From an uncultured cyanobacterium (GTDB lineage Bacteria; Cyanobacteriota; Cyanobacteriia; Leptolyngbyales; Leptolyngbyaceae): DNA of 31,284 bases. This document shows, one piece after another, positions 8,054-18,537 of this stretch (positions are counted from its first letter, which is position 1; every line of letters starts with the position of its first letter). Location: positions 1 through 31,284 of the forward strand of contig CAVYAN010000077.1 in NCBI GenBank assembly GCA_963766075.1, in the 5' to 3' direction. Below the pieces are notes generated by a model. It was given only the letters and a program-made list of their open reading frames with translations. It made no database searches and was not told the DNA's origin. A program made the translations under genes and the position numbers.

Positions 8054-9475
8054 ATGCAACGCCAACGCTCTCTTTTAGTGGTCATTTTCGGTTTGGTTTT
8101 GGCCGCGATTTTTGTGATTGCCAAAGTACCGCCCCGTCTGGGGTTGGACTTGCAAGGAGGTTCACAGTTGACCATCCAGGTCAAGACCACCGCAGAGGTG
8201 AAGGAAATTACGCCAAAGGCCCTGGAAGATGTGCGGCGGGTGCTGGAAGGACGGGTGAATGGACTCGGCGTGTCAGAAGCCCTCGTCCAAACGGCAGGCA
8301 AGGACCAGATCATCGTGCAATTGCCGGGAGTGAATGATCCGCAGCAGGCCGAACGGGTGCTGGGCGGGACGGCCCAGTTGGATTTTCGGCGGCAAAAACC
8401 CGGCTCAGAAGGCACGTTGAGTGCAGAACTGGCGGTTCAAAAGGATTTGCTGGCTAAACAGGTGGAGTTGAAGGGCAGTCCGGATGCTAAAGCCGTGGCG
8501 GACAACCAGGCGGCATTGCAGCGCAACAGTGAGGCGATCGCCAATCTCTATGAAAAAACGGAGTTGGGTGGGAAAAATCTTAAGGACGCGGCAGCAGAAC
8601 CCGTCAGCGCCAATGCCTGGAACGTGGCCATCCGATTCGATCAGGTGGGCGGTGAACGATTTGCCGAACTGACGAAATCCCTGGCCGGCACTGGGAGAAC
8701 CCTCGGTATTTTTCTGGATAGTCGCTTGATTAGTTCTCCCACTGTCAATGTAGAGTTTGCCCAAGCGGGCATCACTGGGGGCAGTGCGGTGATCACGGGC
8801 AACTTTTCTGCCCAGGAAGCCAATGATTTAGCCGTGCAGTTGCGGGGGGGGGCGTTGCCCGTGCCGGTGGAGGTGGTGGCCAACCAAACCGTGGGGGCCA
8901 CCTTGGGACAGGATAGTATTCTGCGGAGTATTTATGCGGCGATCGGAGGTCTTTTCCTCGTCCTGATTTTTATGGCGGTCTATTACCGATTGCCGGGAGT
9001 AGTGGCCGATATTGCGTTGATCATTTATGCCATTCTCACCTACGCCGCCTTTAACCTATTGGGTGTCACCCTCACCCTGCCGGGGATTGCCGGATTTGTC
9101 CTGAGTATTGGCATGGCGGTGGATGCCAACGTGCTAATTTTTGAGCGGACCCGCGAGGAACTCAGAGCAGGCAAAACGTTATATCGCTCCGTAGAATCAG
9201 GCTTCTATCGGGCCTTTTCCAGTATTTTGGACAGTAACGTCACCACGCTGATTGCCTGTGCGGCGCTGTTCTGGCTCGGGGCGGGGCTCGTGCGGGGATT
9301 TGCCTTGACGCTAGCTCTCGGGGTTGCCATTAGTATGTTTACGGCCCTCAGTTGTAGTCGAACGTTGTTGCTGTACGTGCTCACGTTTCAGGGACTGCGT
9401 AAGCCCGCCTGGTTTTGTCCGAATCTGCCCCCAGCGGCAACCCCCACCCCGAAGACTCAAGCGGAGGCAAGTTAA
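8054..9475 (+). CDS. secD: Protein translocase subunit SecD
   Basis: [42 protein letters not shown] motifs. Confidence 0.97.
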   Translation: MQRQRSLLVVIFGLVLAAIFVIAKVPPRLGLDLQGGSQLTIQVKTTAEVKEITPKALEDVRRVLEGRVNGLGVSEALVQTAGKDQIIVQLPGVNDPQQAERVLGGTAQLDFRRQKPGSEGTLSAELAVQKDLLAKQVELKGSPDAKAVADNQAALQRNSEAIANLYEKTELGGKNLKDAAAEPVSANAWNVAIRFDQVGGERFAELTKSLAGTGRTLGIFLDSRLISSPTVNVEFAQAGITGGSAVITGNFSAQEANDLAVQLRGGALPVPVEVVANQTVGATLGQDSILRSIYAAIGGLFLVLIFMAVYYRLPGVVADIALIIYAILTYAAFNLLGVTLTLPGIAGFVLSIGMAVDANVLIFERTREELRAGKTLYRSVESGFYRAFSSILDSNVTTLIACAALFWLGAGLVRGFALTLALGVAISMFTALSCSRTLLLYVLTFQGLRKPAWFCPNLPPAATPTPKTQAEAS

Positions 9476-10449
9476 TGAAACTCCAGATTATTAAACAACG
9501 GGGCCTGTGGTGGGGACTGTCCACTGCTGCCATCCTGGCGGGAATTGTGGCGATGGTGCTGTCCTGGCAAAATCCCGATATTCAAGCGCCCCTGCGTCCC
9601 AGTTTGGAATTTAAAGGGGGAACGCGGCTCCAGCTAGAACTAGACTGTGGCAAAGCAGATCAGTGCAGTAAGCCCATTGATTTGGGGGTGGTTCGCGAGG
9701 TGCTGACCACCCAGGGCCATGGCAACAGCAGCATCCAGATTTTGGGTAAAGAGGCCCATGCAGTATCAATTCGCTTGGCACCGCTCAACGTGGAGGAGCG
9801 GACCAAAGTTCAAGCTGCGCTGGCGGAAAAATTGGGCAGCTTTGATCCAGCCAAAACCCAAATTGATACTGTAGGCCCGGTGATTGGGCAGCAGTTGCTG
9901 TCTTCCGGGTTGTTGGCGCTGCTGGTGTCCTTTGCGGGGATTATGATTTATCTCAGCCTGCGTTTTCAGTTTGACTATGCTGTGTTTGCGATTATTGCCT
10001 TGTTTCACGATGTGCTGATTACCGTTGGGGTATTCGCCATTCTGGGCCTAACCGTAGGCATTGAGGTGGATAGTTTATTTGTGGTGGCACTGCTCACGAT
10101 TGTGGGCTTTTCGGTCAACGATACGGTAGTTATCTACGATCGCATCCGGGAAACCGTAGCGCTGAATCCGGGCCGCCACATCAATGACATTGTGGATGAT
10201 GCGGTTAATCAAACCCTGACGCGATCGATCAACACCACCTTGACCGTCCTGCTGTCGCTGGTTTCCATCTTCTTATTTGGTGGTGAAACACTGAAGAATT
10301 TTTCCCTAGCCTTGATCGTTGGCTTTACGCTGGGGGCCTATTCCAGTATTTTTATTGCCAGTACCTTGTTAGCCCTGTGGCGGGTCAAAAACGGCACGGC
10401 AGTGGTGGGAACGACTGGAGAAGCCGGTACCGTGGTTGATGCAGGATAA
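9475..10449 (+). CDS. secF: Protein translocase subunit SecF
   Basis: TAATG overlap with sec[34 protein letters not shown] motifs. Confidence 0.97.
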   Translation: MKLQIIKQRGLWWGLSTAAILAGIVAMVLSWQNPDIQAPLRPSLEFKGGTRLQLELDCGKADQCSKPIDLGVVREVLTTQGHGNSSIQILGKEAHAVSIRLAPLNVEERTKVQAALAEKLGSFDPAKTQIDTVGPVIGQQLLSSGLLALLVSFAGIMIYLSLRFQFDYAVFAIIALFHDVLITVGVFAILGLTVGIEVDSLFVVALLTIVGFSVNDTVVIYDRIRETVALNPGRHINDIVDDAVNQTLTRSINTTLTVLLSLVSIFLFGGETLKNFSLALIVGFTLGAYSSIFIASTLLALWRVKNGTAVVGTTGEAGTVVDAG

Positions 10450-10498
10450 TCTGAACCAGGCTGGGCTAGAGTAACCATGCGGATGAGGCTGAAAACCA

Positions 10499-10960
10499 AT
10501 GCACGTGCCTGATGAAGAGTCATCTCCGAAAGGTTCATCTTTAGAAGAGACATCTGAGGAAGATCCCTCTTTAGCAACGAAAGAGTCCCTCGATCCACAA
10601 TTTTCTGCCGAAGTGGAACGCCTATATCGCGTCATGCTCTATGGCCGCTGGCTGGTGGTTGGGCTGCTTTGGCTGACGGTCGGGCTTCTGAGCCTGTGGG
10701 AGTTGCGGGGAGCAATCGCCCTCATGCATGAATATTTTACCTGGGCGGCCTTGCGCTATGGGTTGTTTTTCCATCCGCTGGGAGCGCTGGGGCTCGGGCT
10801 ATGCATCGGTATGACGGTTTCCGTGTTGATCTGGCACAGCCGCAACATTCTCTGGGGATTGCCGAAATCAGAGCAAAAACGGCTGCAGCAGTCTGTGTGC
10901 AAAATTCGCCAGCAGGGCAGTAGCCATCCTCTGTGGAAATGGGTTTGTCGGGAACTGTAG
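10499..10960 (+). CDS. Conserved cyanobacterial hypothetical membrane protein
   Basis: 153-aa ORF with two hydrophobic segments and C-terminal IRQQGSSHPLWKWV; fills the gap after secF. Confidence 0.75.
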   Translation: MHVPDEESSPKGSSLEETSEEDPSLATKESLDPQFSAEVERLYRVMLYGRWLVVGLLWLTVGLLSLWELRGAIALMHEYFTWAALRYGLFFHPLGALGLGLCIGMTVSVLIWHSRNILWGLPKSEQKRLQQSVCKIRQQGSSHPLWKWVCREL

Positions 10961-10962
10961 CC

Positions 10963-11667
10963 CTAGACCGCGCCATACCGGGCGATCGCCCCTAAGCTGG
11001 AGTTCTCCTGATTCATCAACCAAGCCCAAAACTGATCCCCTCGGGAAAAATGCCACCATTCGCGTGGATGGCGCTGAAACCCGGCTCCCACCATGACCCA
11101 GGAGAGCAGTTGGCGCTGCTGGTGATACTCCTGTCCCCGCGGATCATCACTCTCCGCAAAATAGTCAGGATACGAGCGGGGGGACAACTCATCAATCGGC
11201 GAGCCCAGGTCGAGCGCAGCCCCAGAAGCATCCACTAGCGTGACATCCACAGCAGCGCCAGTGCTGTGAGGGGGCGGCGTTGCCGGATCGGCACTGGGCA
11301 TGGCCCAAAACTCGTACACCCGTTCCATCCAGTCTTGGCGCTGGGTCGGTGTCAAGCCCGTTTCGGCAATGTTGTGCTCCCGCAGCAACGCCTGGAACGT
11401 GTAATCCACCATATACTGCTGCACAGCAATGGGACGATAGGCATCAAACACCTGAATCCGCCAGCCCGGATGTAATTCGGTAAGTAATCCCTGGGCTTGC
11501 ATCAAGCAGTCAAGCACGCCTTGGCGCAAATAAAAGGGCGATCGCAGGCCGTAAGGCGCACCTACACTCTCATAGGCATGGGGCAAAGTTAGGGAAAAAA
11601 TCTCCGGCGAAATCTCCACTAGCGGCTCGCCACACTCCTGAATGGGTACGTGTTGATAGGGCTTCAT
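10963..11667 (-). CDS. D-alanyl-D-alanine dipeptidase (M15 / VanX-like)
   Basis: FDAYRP, PPHSTGAAVDVTL and EWWHFS motifs. Confidence 0.92.
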   Translation of the reverse strand: MKPYQHVPIQECGEPLVEISPEIFSLTLPHAYESVGAPYGLRSPFYLRQGVLDCLMQAQGLLTELHPGWRIQVFDAYRPIAVQQYMVDYTFQALLREHNIAETGLTPTQRQDWMERVYEFWAMPSADPATPPPHSTGAAVDVTLVDASGAALDLGSPIDELSPRSYPDYFAESDDPRGQEYHQQRQLLSWVMVGAGFQRHPREWWHFSRGDQFWAWLMNQENSSLGAIARYGAV

Positions 11668-11682
11668 CGGACTTCCATCTCG

Positions 11683-11742
11683 TCACACTCGGGTCAATCA
11701 CACTCGGGTCAATCACACTCGGGTCAATCACACTCGGGTCAA
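11683..11742. repeat. Perfect 15-bp tandem repeat x4 (tcacactcgggtcaa)
   Basis: Units start at 11683, 11698, 11713 and 11728. Confidence 0.97.
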
Positions 11743-11772
11743 ACGCATTGCCGTCAGAGATTGATCACGGCC

Positions 11773-12693
11773 TTAATTGCGGTGGTTGTTACTGTAGCGC
11801 ACCCGCGCTCCGGCCCATTGCAGCTTTTCGCGGAGGGTTTGATAGTAAGAATAGTTATCCCGCAGCACAATAAATTGGGCCTCACAGTCTGCCATCCGGA
11901 TATCGACCCGCTGCCCCGGCCAAATCGATGTGGCCAACACCCCATCCATCCACAGCTTCGTTGTCAGATCATGATCAGCCAGGGGCCAAATACTCACCAC
12001 ACTGCCGGGGGGCAGAACAATGGGGCGACTGGATAAACTCAAGGGACAAATGGGCGTAACCACCAAGGCCGCCATGCCGGGATGCACAATCGGCCCATTC
12101 GCAGCAAGGGTGTAGCAGGTGGAGCCGGTGGGAGTGGCCACTAGCAGTCCATCGCCTTGATACTGGTCTACAACTTCCCCATCGATTTCCATTTCCAGAA
12201 TGGAGGTGAGCATGCGATCGGCGGATGCGGGCTTAACGCACATTTCATTCAGGGCCAGGTAGCGATCGCTCATCGGCTCCAAATTAGTCCGATTGCCTTC
12301 ATACACAGTCGCCTGCAACATCATCCGGCGCTGCACTGCAAATCGATCCGTCAATAATCGATCCCAGACCGCCTCTGAGTCCGAAAAATCATCCGCAGAC
12401 TCTGTCAAGAATCCCAGATGTCCCCCAATATTCACCGCCAAAATCGGGATACAGTCCGCCGCCAACTGCCGCGCTGCGGTCAGAGCAGTACCGTCTCCCC
12501 CCAGCACCACCGCCAAATCGATCGCCTGCGATACCGACGCCAGAAAAACAGGATAGGGATTATCCTTAGGGCCACTTGGCCCCATCAAAACGCGACAACC
12601 GCGCGCCTCTAATTGCTGGGCACACTTCTCAGCCCAGCGCTGGCTGATGGGATCGCGGGCTTTGTGGGCAATAATGACTTGCTTCAGTTGCAC
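11773..12693 (-). CDS. nadK: NAD(+) kinase
   Basis: LGGDGT, GHLGFL, LNE, GDGLLVATPTGSTCY motifs; usual position downstream of ndhE. Confidence 0.95.
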   Translation of the reverse strand: MQLKQVIIAHKARDPISQRWAEKCAQQLEARGCRVLMGPSGPKDNPYPVFLASVSQAIDLAVVLGGDGTALTAARQLAADCIPILAVNIGGHLGFLTESADDFSDSEAVWDRLLTDRFAVQRRMMLQATVYEGNRTNLEPMSDRYLALNEMCVKPASADRMLTSILEMEIDGEVVDQYQGDGLLVATPTGSTCYTLAANGPIVHPGMAALVVTPICPLSLSSRPIVLPPGSVVSIWPLADHDLTTKLWMDGVLATSIWPGQRVDIRMADCEAQFIVLRDNYSYYQTLREKLQWAGARVRYSNNHRN

Positions 12694-12781
12694 AACTCAA
12701 AAACATAAACGAAGGGTGAAATGGCAATCGCAGAGTCATCTGGAGGAGACAGCCACACCCGCCCCTATGACCATCGGGAGT

Positions 12782-13087
12782 CTACCACTTAAGCAGATTG
12801 AATTGTTCCATGTCCACCGTATCGCGGTTCCGGTAAATAGTCAGAACAATCGCTAGCCCCACCGCCGCTTCCGCCGCCGCAATGGCAATCACAAAGGTCG
12901 TAAACACCTGTCCCTTAATGTCTTGGGCGTCCAAATAGTTAGAAAATGCCATCAAATTCAAGTTCACGGCATTCAACATTAATTCAATCGACATCAGCAC
13001 CCGCACCGCATTACGGCTAGTAATCAGCCCAAAAATGCCAATACAAAACAAAGCAGCGGCAATTAAAAGAAAATACTGAAGTTGCAT
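12782..13087 (-). CDS. ndhE: NDH-1 subunit 4L (NuoK)
   Basis: [42 protein letters not shown]...FNLLKW; start at ATG 13087. Confidence 0.97.
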   Translation of the reverse strand: MQLQYFLLIAAALFCIGIFGLITSRNAVRVLMSIELMLNAVNLNLMAFSNYLDAQDIKGQVFTTFVIAIAAAEAAVGLAIVLTIYRNRDTVDMEQFNLLKW

Positions 13088-13209
13088 AGCTCTCTCCCCA
13101 AAACAACTCTGGCAAACACCCCGGTGAAGAATTCTCACCGCAAACCATCGACCCAAAACAGGCCCACAACCTGGTCTAAAGCGATTTCCCCGCAGGGCAC
13201 GCCCCTGAC

Positions 13210-13836
13210 CTAAGGGCGCGCCTCATTTGGAGAGGCTCCCACACTAGAAGCAATTAACTCACGCGGGCGCTCCGGCAAGGTCAGCGCCGTCTGAGTCATA
13301 TCGTCCACTTCCCGAACCTCGGGGATTAGCTCACGACGAGCCAGAATCACCGCCCCAACCAAGGCAATTAACAAGAGAACTGAAGCAAGTTCAAACGGCA
13401 GCAGAAAATCACTAAAGAAATGCTTGCCAATCGTCACAATCGCCGCATCCCCAGCCGCAACCTCGCTGGACAAAGCCCAAGGTGTCGCCAAAATCATCGT
13501 GCCTAACAAAGCAAACAAGCCCACACATACAACCGATGTCGCACTGCGACGAATCCAAGCCTTGGGCACTGGCGCAAAATCTTCCCGTTTATTCACCAAC
13601 ATAATGGCAAACAAAATCAGAACGTTCACGGCCCCCACATAAATCAGAATCTGAGCCGTGGCCACGAAATCCGCATTCAGTAAAAAATACAGGCCGGACA
13701 TGCTGATAAATACGCCGCCCAACAGGAAAGCCGAATAGACAATATTGGGAATCAGGACGACTCCCAAGGCTGCTGCAATCACCATCACCGACAGCAGCCC
13801 AAAGGAAACTAATTGAACGCCTTCAGCTAAATTCAC
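13210..13836 (-). CDS. ndhG: NDH-1 subunit 6 (NuoJ)
   Basis: GTG start (MNLAEGVQ) with [51 protein letters not shown]. Confidence 0.96.
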   Translation of the reverse strand: MNLAEGVQLVSFGLLSVMVIAAALGVVLIPNIVYSAFLLGGVFISMSGLYFLLNADFVATAQILIYVGAVNVLILFAIMLVNKREDFAPVPKAWIRRSATSVVCVGLFALLGTMILATPWALSSEVAAGDAAIVTIGKHFFSDFLLPFELASVLLLIALVGAVILARRELIPEVREVDDMTQTALTLPERPRELIASSVGASPNEARP

Positions 13837-13990
13837 AGACCGTATTCTCCCTTCGTTAAACGCTTGCCTGACCCGTATCGCCCACTGAGTTGGAGGCCAT
13901 GATCTCAATTCATGGAAATTATGCTCTCGCCCGAAGCACAAAACTGAAGCCAGTCTTGACCCGATCCGGCTTCAGATGCAGCCTCGACCT

Positions 13991-14593
13991 CTAGCTTTCT
14001 GCAGCCTTCGACTTCGCCATCTGCTCTACTATCTGCTCTGGGCGCAGCCCAGCACGCTGAGCACCCGCAGGCAAATCATGGGGATCCAGCACACCCTTAG
14101 GCAAATAGGCCAGTTCCCGCAGTGGCGTCACCATGGGATCATCCGTCACCTTATAGGGCAAGCGTCCCAGGGCTACGCTATCGTAGTTCAATTCATGCCG
14201 CTCGTAGGCCGCCAGTTCGTATTCTTCGGTCATGGATAGACAGTTAGTGGGACAGTACTCCACACAGTTTCCACAGAAAATGCAGACTCCAAAGTCGATG
14301 CTGTAGTGATTCAGCTTTTTCTTCTTGGTTTCAGCATTAAACTCCCAATCCACCACGGGTAGATTAATCGGGCAGACCCGGACACAGACTTCACAGGAAA
14401 TGCACTTGTCAAATTCAAAGTGAATCCGGCCTCGAAACCGCTCCGAGGGAATCAGCTTCTCATAGGGATATTGGACAGTAATTGGGCGGCGCTGCATATG
14501 GTCAAACGTGACGGAAAGCCCCTGACCGATGTACTTTGCTGCCTGACCCGCCTCTTTGGTGTAGTCAACGACCTGCTTGAGAAACTTCAGCAT
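13991..14593 (-). CDS. ndhI: NDH-1 subunit I (2x[4Fe-4S])
   Basis: [12 protein letters not shown] and [12 protein letters not shown] motifs. Confidence 0.98.
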   Translation of the reverse strand: MLKFLKQVVDYTKEAGQAAKYIGQGLSVTFDHMQRRPITVQYPYEKLIPSERFRGRIHFEFDKCISCEVCVRVCPINLPVVDWEFNAETKKKKLNHYSIDFGVCIFCGNCVEYCPTNCLSMTEEYELAAYERHELNYDSVALGRLPYKVTDDPMVTPLRELAYLPKGVLDPHDLPAGAQRAGLRPEQIVEQMAKSKAAES

Positions 14594-14632
14594 AGAACAC
14601 TCGTGGTAAGGATGAAGAACAAACGGATGGCA

Positions 14633-15751
14633 CTAGCCACCAAAGGCAAAGGGAAATGCCAGCTTTAGTCCCGCAGTCAACAGTAAATTGACGAGAGAGA
14701 TGGGCAGGAGGAATTTCCAACCCAGATCGAGGAGTTGATCAATGCGGACGCGCGGTACCGTCCAGCGGAGCAGGATCGCCAGAAACACTAAGAAATAAGC
14801 TTTCAAGAGAGTCATCGTGATCCCAATGGATGCGGTGATGATTTGAAACAAGGGGTTCGCTTGGTCAACCCCAACCAGATCCGCGACGAAATTTAGGGGA
14901 ATCGGAAAATCCCAACCGCCCAGATACAGAACAGCAAACAATAGTGCCGAGAGCACCAGGTTAACGTAGGAACCCAGATAGAACAGGGCAAACTTCATCC
15001 CGGAATACTCGGTTTGATAACCGGCAACCAGTTCTTCCTCCGCCTCGGGAAGGTCAAAGGGAATCCGTTCGCATTCCGCTAGGGCAGCAATCCAGAAAAT
15101 GATGAAGCCAATGGGCTGCCGCCAAACGTTCCACCCGAGAATCCCGTAGCCAGACTGTTGATCAACAATGTCCACCGTACTGAGGGAATTAGACATCATG
15201 GCGATCGCCAACACCGACAGCGCTAGGGGAATTTCATAGCTGATCGACTGCGCCGCCGCCCGCAGTCCACCCAACAAGGAGTACTTGTTATTGGAGGCGT
15301 ATCCCGACATCAATAAACCAATGGGCGTAATGCTGGAGAGCCCAATCCAGAGAAAGACGCCCATGCCGACATCCGTGATCACCATGTTCTGCCCAAAGGG
15401 CACAATCAAATAGGACAGAAACACCGGAATCACAACGATCGCCGGACCCAGCGTAAACAGCAAGGGATCCGCCTTAGCCGGAATCACATCTTCCTTAAAA
15501 ATCAACTTCAAGCCATCAGCAACGGGGGCCAAAACACCCAATGGACCGATAAATTCGGGACCGATCCGCTGCTGCGCCGCCGCCGAGATTTTGCGTTCTA
15601 GCCACACAGACACCAGTACGCCCACCGTTGCGCCAATAATCATCAGCAACATGGGGAGCGGCATCCAAACTGCCTTGGCTAGGCCCGGAGGCAGTCCTAA
15701 GTCCATCAAGGACTGAATAAAGCTTCCTTGTAAATCGATTCCTGAGTTCAT
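14633..15751 (-). CDS. ndhA: NDH-1 subunit 1 (NuoH)
   Basis: [44 protein letters not shown] motifs. Confidence 0.98.
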   Translation of the reverse strand: MNSGIDLQGSFIQSLMDLGLPPGLAKAVWMPLPMLLMIIGATVGVLVSVWLERKISAAAQQRIGPEFIGPLGVLAPVADGLKLIFKEDVIPAKADPLLFTLGPAIVVIPVFLSYLIVPFGQNMVITDVGMGVFLWIGLSSITPIGLLMSGYASNNKYSLLGGLRAAAQSISYEIPLALSVLAIAMMSNSLSTVDIVDQQSGYGILGWNVWRQPIGFIIFWIAALAECERIPFDLPEAEEELVAGYQTEYSGMKFALFYLGSYVNLVLSALLFAVLYLGGWDFPIPLNFVADLVGVDQANPLFQIITASIGITMTLLKAYFLVFLAILLRWTVPRVRIDQLLDLGWKFLLPISLVNLLLTAGLKLAFPFAFGG

Positions 15752-16249
15752 GGGTTACCCAATCTCGGCGATCGCCCAGTGCATAAGAACTGATCAATGC
15801 TATCCAACACCGGGAGATTCAACTCCGGGGGATTTGGCGTTGACCAGTCAACACAGGGCGTGGTCTATAAGCGTGGTCTCATCAGCACGGCACAACACAA
15901 TCGACTGCGTGGCGCATGCGTCCTTAGTATACCGTTGGAAACCGCTTCCCGATAGATGGCCCAGCATTAGGAAATTTGGAATCCTGCCCATCAATTCTCC
16001 TATGGATCAGGTCTTCTATAAGTCAGGTAGATCCAGCAACGTCACGCCTGGATGCCTGATGGCCGACTGAGCCTCAGCGGTATCCCGCCAAAAAATAAGC
16101 CCCCGGATATAAATCCGAGAGCTGGAGTTCCTGAAAATCGTCACTCCGAGAATAGTCCCAAGAGAATAGAAAACTGGCAAGGGGTGTGATACCTATCACG
16201 CCAATTACACAAAAGTGTGATAACGCATCGCTCAGATCCGAGAAACCGT

Positions 16250-17386
16250 CTATCGTTCCTGGATCGGCACGTAGGGAGCATCATGCAGCCCAGTGTAGAT
16301 TTGAGTCGGACGGAATATCCGGTTTTCTGCCAATTGCTCTCGCCAGTGGGCTAACCATCCCGCCGTACGAGAAATGGCAAAAACTGGAGTAAATAAATCC
16401 GTAGGAATACCTAACTTACGATAAACCAGCCCCGAAAAGAAGTCCACATTGGGGTAAATCCCCCGATGACCTAACTTTTCCGCGACTACCCGTTCCATTT
16501 CAACGGCCACGTCGTAATAGTCATCCCGGCCAAATTTCTCGAACAATTTTTCGGCAAGTTGCTGCAACACCGTGGCTCTTGGATCCTTCACCTTGTAGAC
16601 ACGGTGCCCAAAGCCCATGATCTTCTGCTTCTTGGCCAAACGCTCGGCAATATAGTCGCCAACCCGATCGACGGAACCAATGCTTTCCAGCATGTTAATC
16701 ACTTCTTCACTGGCTCCACCGTGTAATGGACCAGCCAATGTTCCGACCGCCGAAGCCACCACGGCATAGGGGTCGGTCAGGGTTGAAGCCGTTACCATGG
16801 CCGAAAAGGTGGAGGCGTTAATCGTATGCTCGGCGTGCAGCATTAAGCTGATATCGAAAATGCGAGCGGCCAGAGGGTCAGGCTCTTGCTCGTTCAACAT
16901 ATACAAGAAATTGGCGGCATAGCTCAGATCGTCACGCGGTTGCACCGGATCATTGCCCTTGCGCATGAGCTGGAAAGCCGCAACCATGGTGGGAATCTTG
17001 GCCAATAAGCGGACAATTGCCTCCCGCATATAGGCCGGATCATCTGAATTGCGCCGGGAATAAAAGAGGCCCAAGGCCGCAGCGCAGGCTTGCAATGCAT
17101 CCATAGGATGGCCGCTTTCTGGAAAACACTTCATCATGTCCCGGATGCGATATTTCAGCCGCCGGTGAAGCTGAATCTCCTGCTCGAAGGAGCTGAGCAT
17201 GTCCTGGGTGGGAAGCTCTCCCCAAATTAGCAAATAGGCTGTTTCCAGGAAAGTACTGCGCTCGCCCAATTCTTCAATCGGGATGCCGCGATATTCTAGA
17301 ATGCCGCGTTGTCCATCCACAAAACTTATGCTGGATTGGGTAGCGGGAATTCCCTCTAAACCTGCCCTATATTCACAGACAGTCAT
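16250..17386 (-). CDS. gltA: Citrate synthase
   Basis: GLEGI, LHAEHTINASTF, GPLHGGA, MGFGHRVYKVKDPRA, YPNVDF. Start chosen at ATG 17386; the ORF extends to 17422. Confidence 0.97.
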   Translation of the reverse strand: MTVCEYRAGLEGIPATQSSISFVDGQRGILEYRGIPIEELGERSTFLETAYLLIWGELPTQDMLSSFEQEIQLHRRLKYRIRDMMKCFPESGHPMDALQACAAALGLFYSRRNSDDPAYMREAIVRLLAKIPTMVAAFQLMRKGNDPVQPRDDLSYAANFLYMLNEQEPDPLAARIFDISLMLHAEHTINASTFSAMVTASTLTDPYAVVASAVGTLAGPLHGGASEEVINMLESIGSVDRVGDYIAERLAKKQKIMGFGHRVYKVKDPRATVLQQLAEKLFEKFGRDDYYDVAVEMERVVAEKLGHRGIYPNVDFFSGLVYRKLGIPTDLFTPVFAISRTAGWLAHWREQLAENRIFRPTQIYTGLHDAPYVPIQER

Positions 17387-17776
17387 GGTTTCACCAGTAT
17401 TGAAATAAACTAAGCCATGCAAGCTAAATTATCAGAAATCGCCCGAATGTACTAGGATTCCAGTGTGGTCAAAGCAGACCGGAATTACGGTGAAGTAGAG
17501 CACATTTTGGGTGTAATTCGATCAAGTTTAGTGATTTGAATGGTTGGGCAGGGGCGGTTGGGCAGGGGCGGGCGATCGCCCATAGCAGATTTTGGGGGCA
17601 ACGAGAGAGAATTTGAAAGCTTCCGCAGAAGCTCTGCGGAGAGTAGGTTTGACCCACATCACAGATTGTTCAATGGCCTCTTCAATGGCATCAATCTAGC
17701 AATGCAACGAATTGTATCAGGGGCCGGACACAGATTGTCATCCTCCCAGCAAAAAGCGTTACCATTAATCCAGGAC

Positions 17777-17847
17777 ATTTGTCTAGACCGTGGATCTAAT
17801 TTGTCTAGACCATGGATCTACAAAGTGGATCTTCTAAAAGTGGATCT
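17777..17847. repeat. 22-bp direct repeat x2 plus 11-bp repeat x2, giving four TGGATCT cores
   Basis: atttgtctagacc(g/a)tggatcta at 17777 and 17799; aaagtggatct at 17822 and 17837. Confidence 0.85.
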
Positions 17848-17968
17848 AAAAAATGTCCACTTCGACACGTAGCTTGCATTTTTCTTGAGGTCGGCTCACT
17901 TCTTCCGGATTCTGAGTGTAATCCGAGATGAATCAGTTGGCTACTCGCCCTTCAAAATTAGGAGTTTT

Positions 17969-18451
17969 ATGACACAAAGACGCGCACGTCACAAACGCGA
18001 TGAGGCTGTTGCCACCGGAACAGATAACGGTTTCGTCAGAGATTTTTCCAGGGAGTCCACGACTGACTCCCCCAGCGATGCCGCTAGAGACTCTGCGATC
18101 TCGACTAACCGCCCTGCAAGTCGATTTAATAAGAGCCGCAGTCAGAAGGATTGGCATGAATTACGCGAACCCTCGGCAACGGGTCGTCCTAACGTCAATA
18201 CTTTAGCCAGTTTGATCGAGCAAGATGCTCCGCTCCAGAGCCACAGTGGTCTGGTCTTGATGTACGGGCCTTTCCAATCCGAAATGCAGCCAACTTCAGG
18301 ATTAGGGGTGGCTTCTTGGATTCGAGAATGCGTCCATAAACATGGATTGCCCAGTCTTGTCCGCTACGATTACCGCCGTCGGGCGCAGGTTTATCGCCGT
18401 GATCAGTTTCAACCTTGGTTGGAGCCTCTCATGACCAAGGTTTCTAGTTAA
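17969..18451 (+). CDS. Hypothetical protein (160 aa), no recognised family
   Basis: AGGAG RBS at 17960-17964 before ATG 17969; longest ORF in an otherwise empty 1.1-kb gap. Confidence 0.55.
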   Translation: MTQRRARHKRDEAVATGTDNGFVRDFSRESTTDSPSDAARDSAISTNRPASRFNKSRSQKDWHELREPSATGRPNVNTLASLIEQDAPLQSHSGLVLMYGPFQSEMQPTSGLGVASWIRECVHKHGLPSLVRYDYRRRAQVYRRDQFQPWLEPLMTKVSS

Positions 18452-18537
18452 GCGCTGCGACCGTTTTTGCGTCATCTTGCCATGTGGAGTTTTCTTGCCT
18501 CCTTTGGGTGTGGCTAGGTCGGGTGTGGCTAGGGTAG

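Noticed and set aside
11683..11742. CRISPR array at the tandem repeats (also 21069-21130)
   Set aside because: Units are directly adjacent with no unique spacers, are too short, and no cas genes are present.
11650..12036. ORF with SHSGQ repeats
   Set aside because: It is a translation of the 15-bp DNA repeat and lies antisense to nadK and the dipeptidase gene.
16185..16200. CRP-like site TGTGA-N6-TCACG between gltA and ndhA
   Set aside because: One mismatch, about 430 bp from the ndhA start, and equally explained as a hairpin just downstream of the gltA stop.
17540..17872. 110-aa ORF upstream of the orphan gene
   Set aside because: No clear RBS or motif, it runs through the repeat array, and it probably overlaps divergent promoter DNA.
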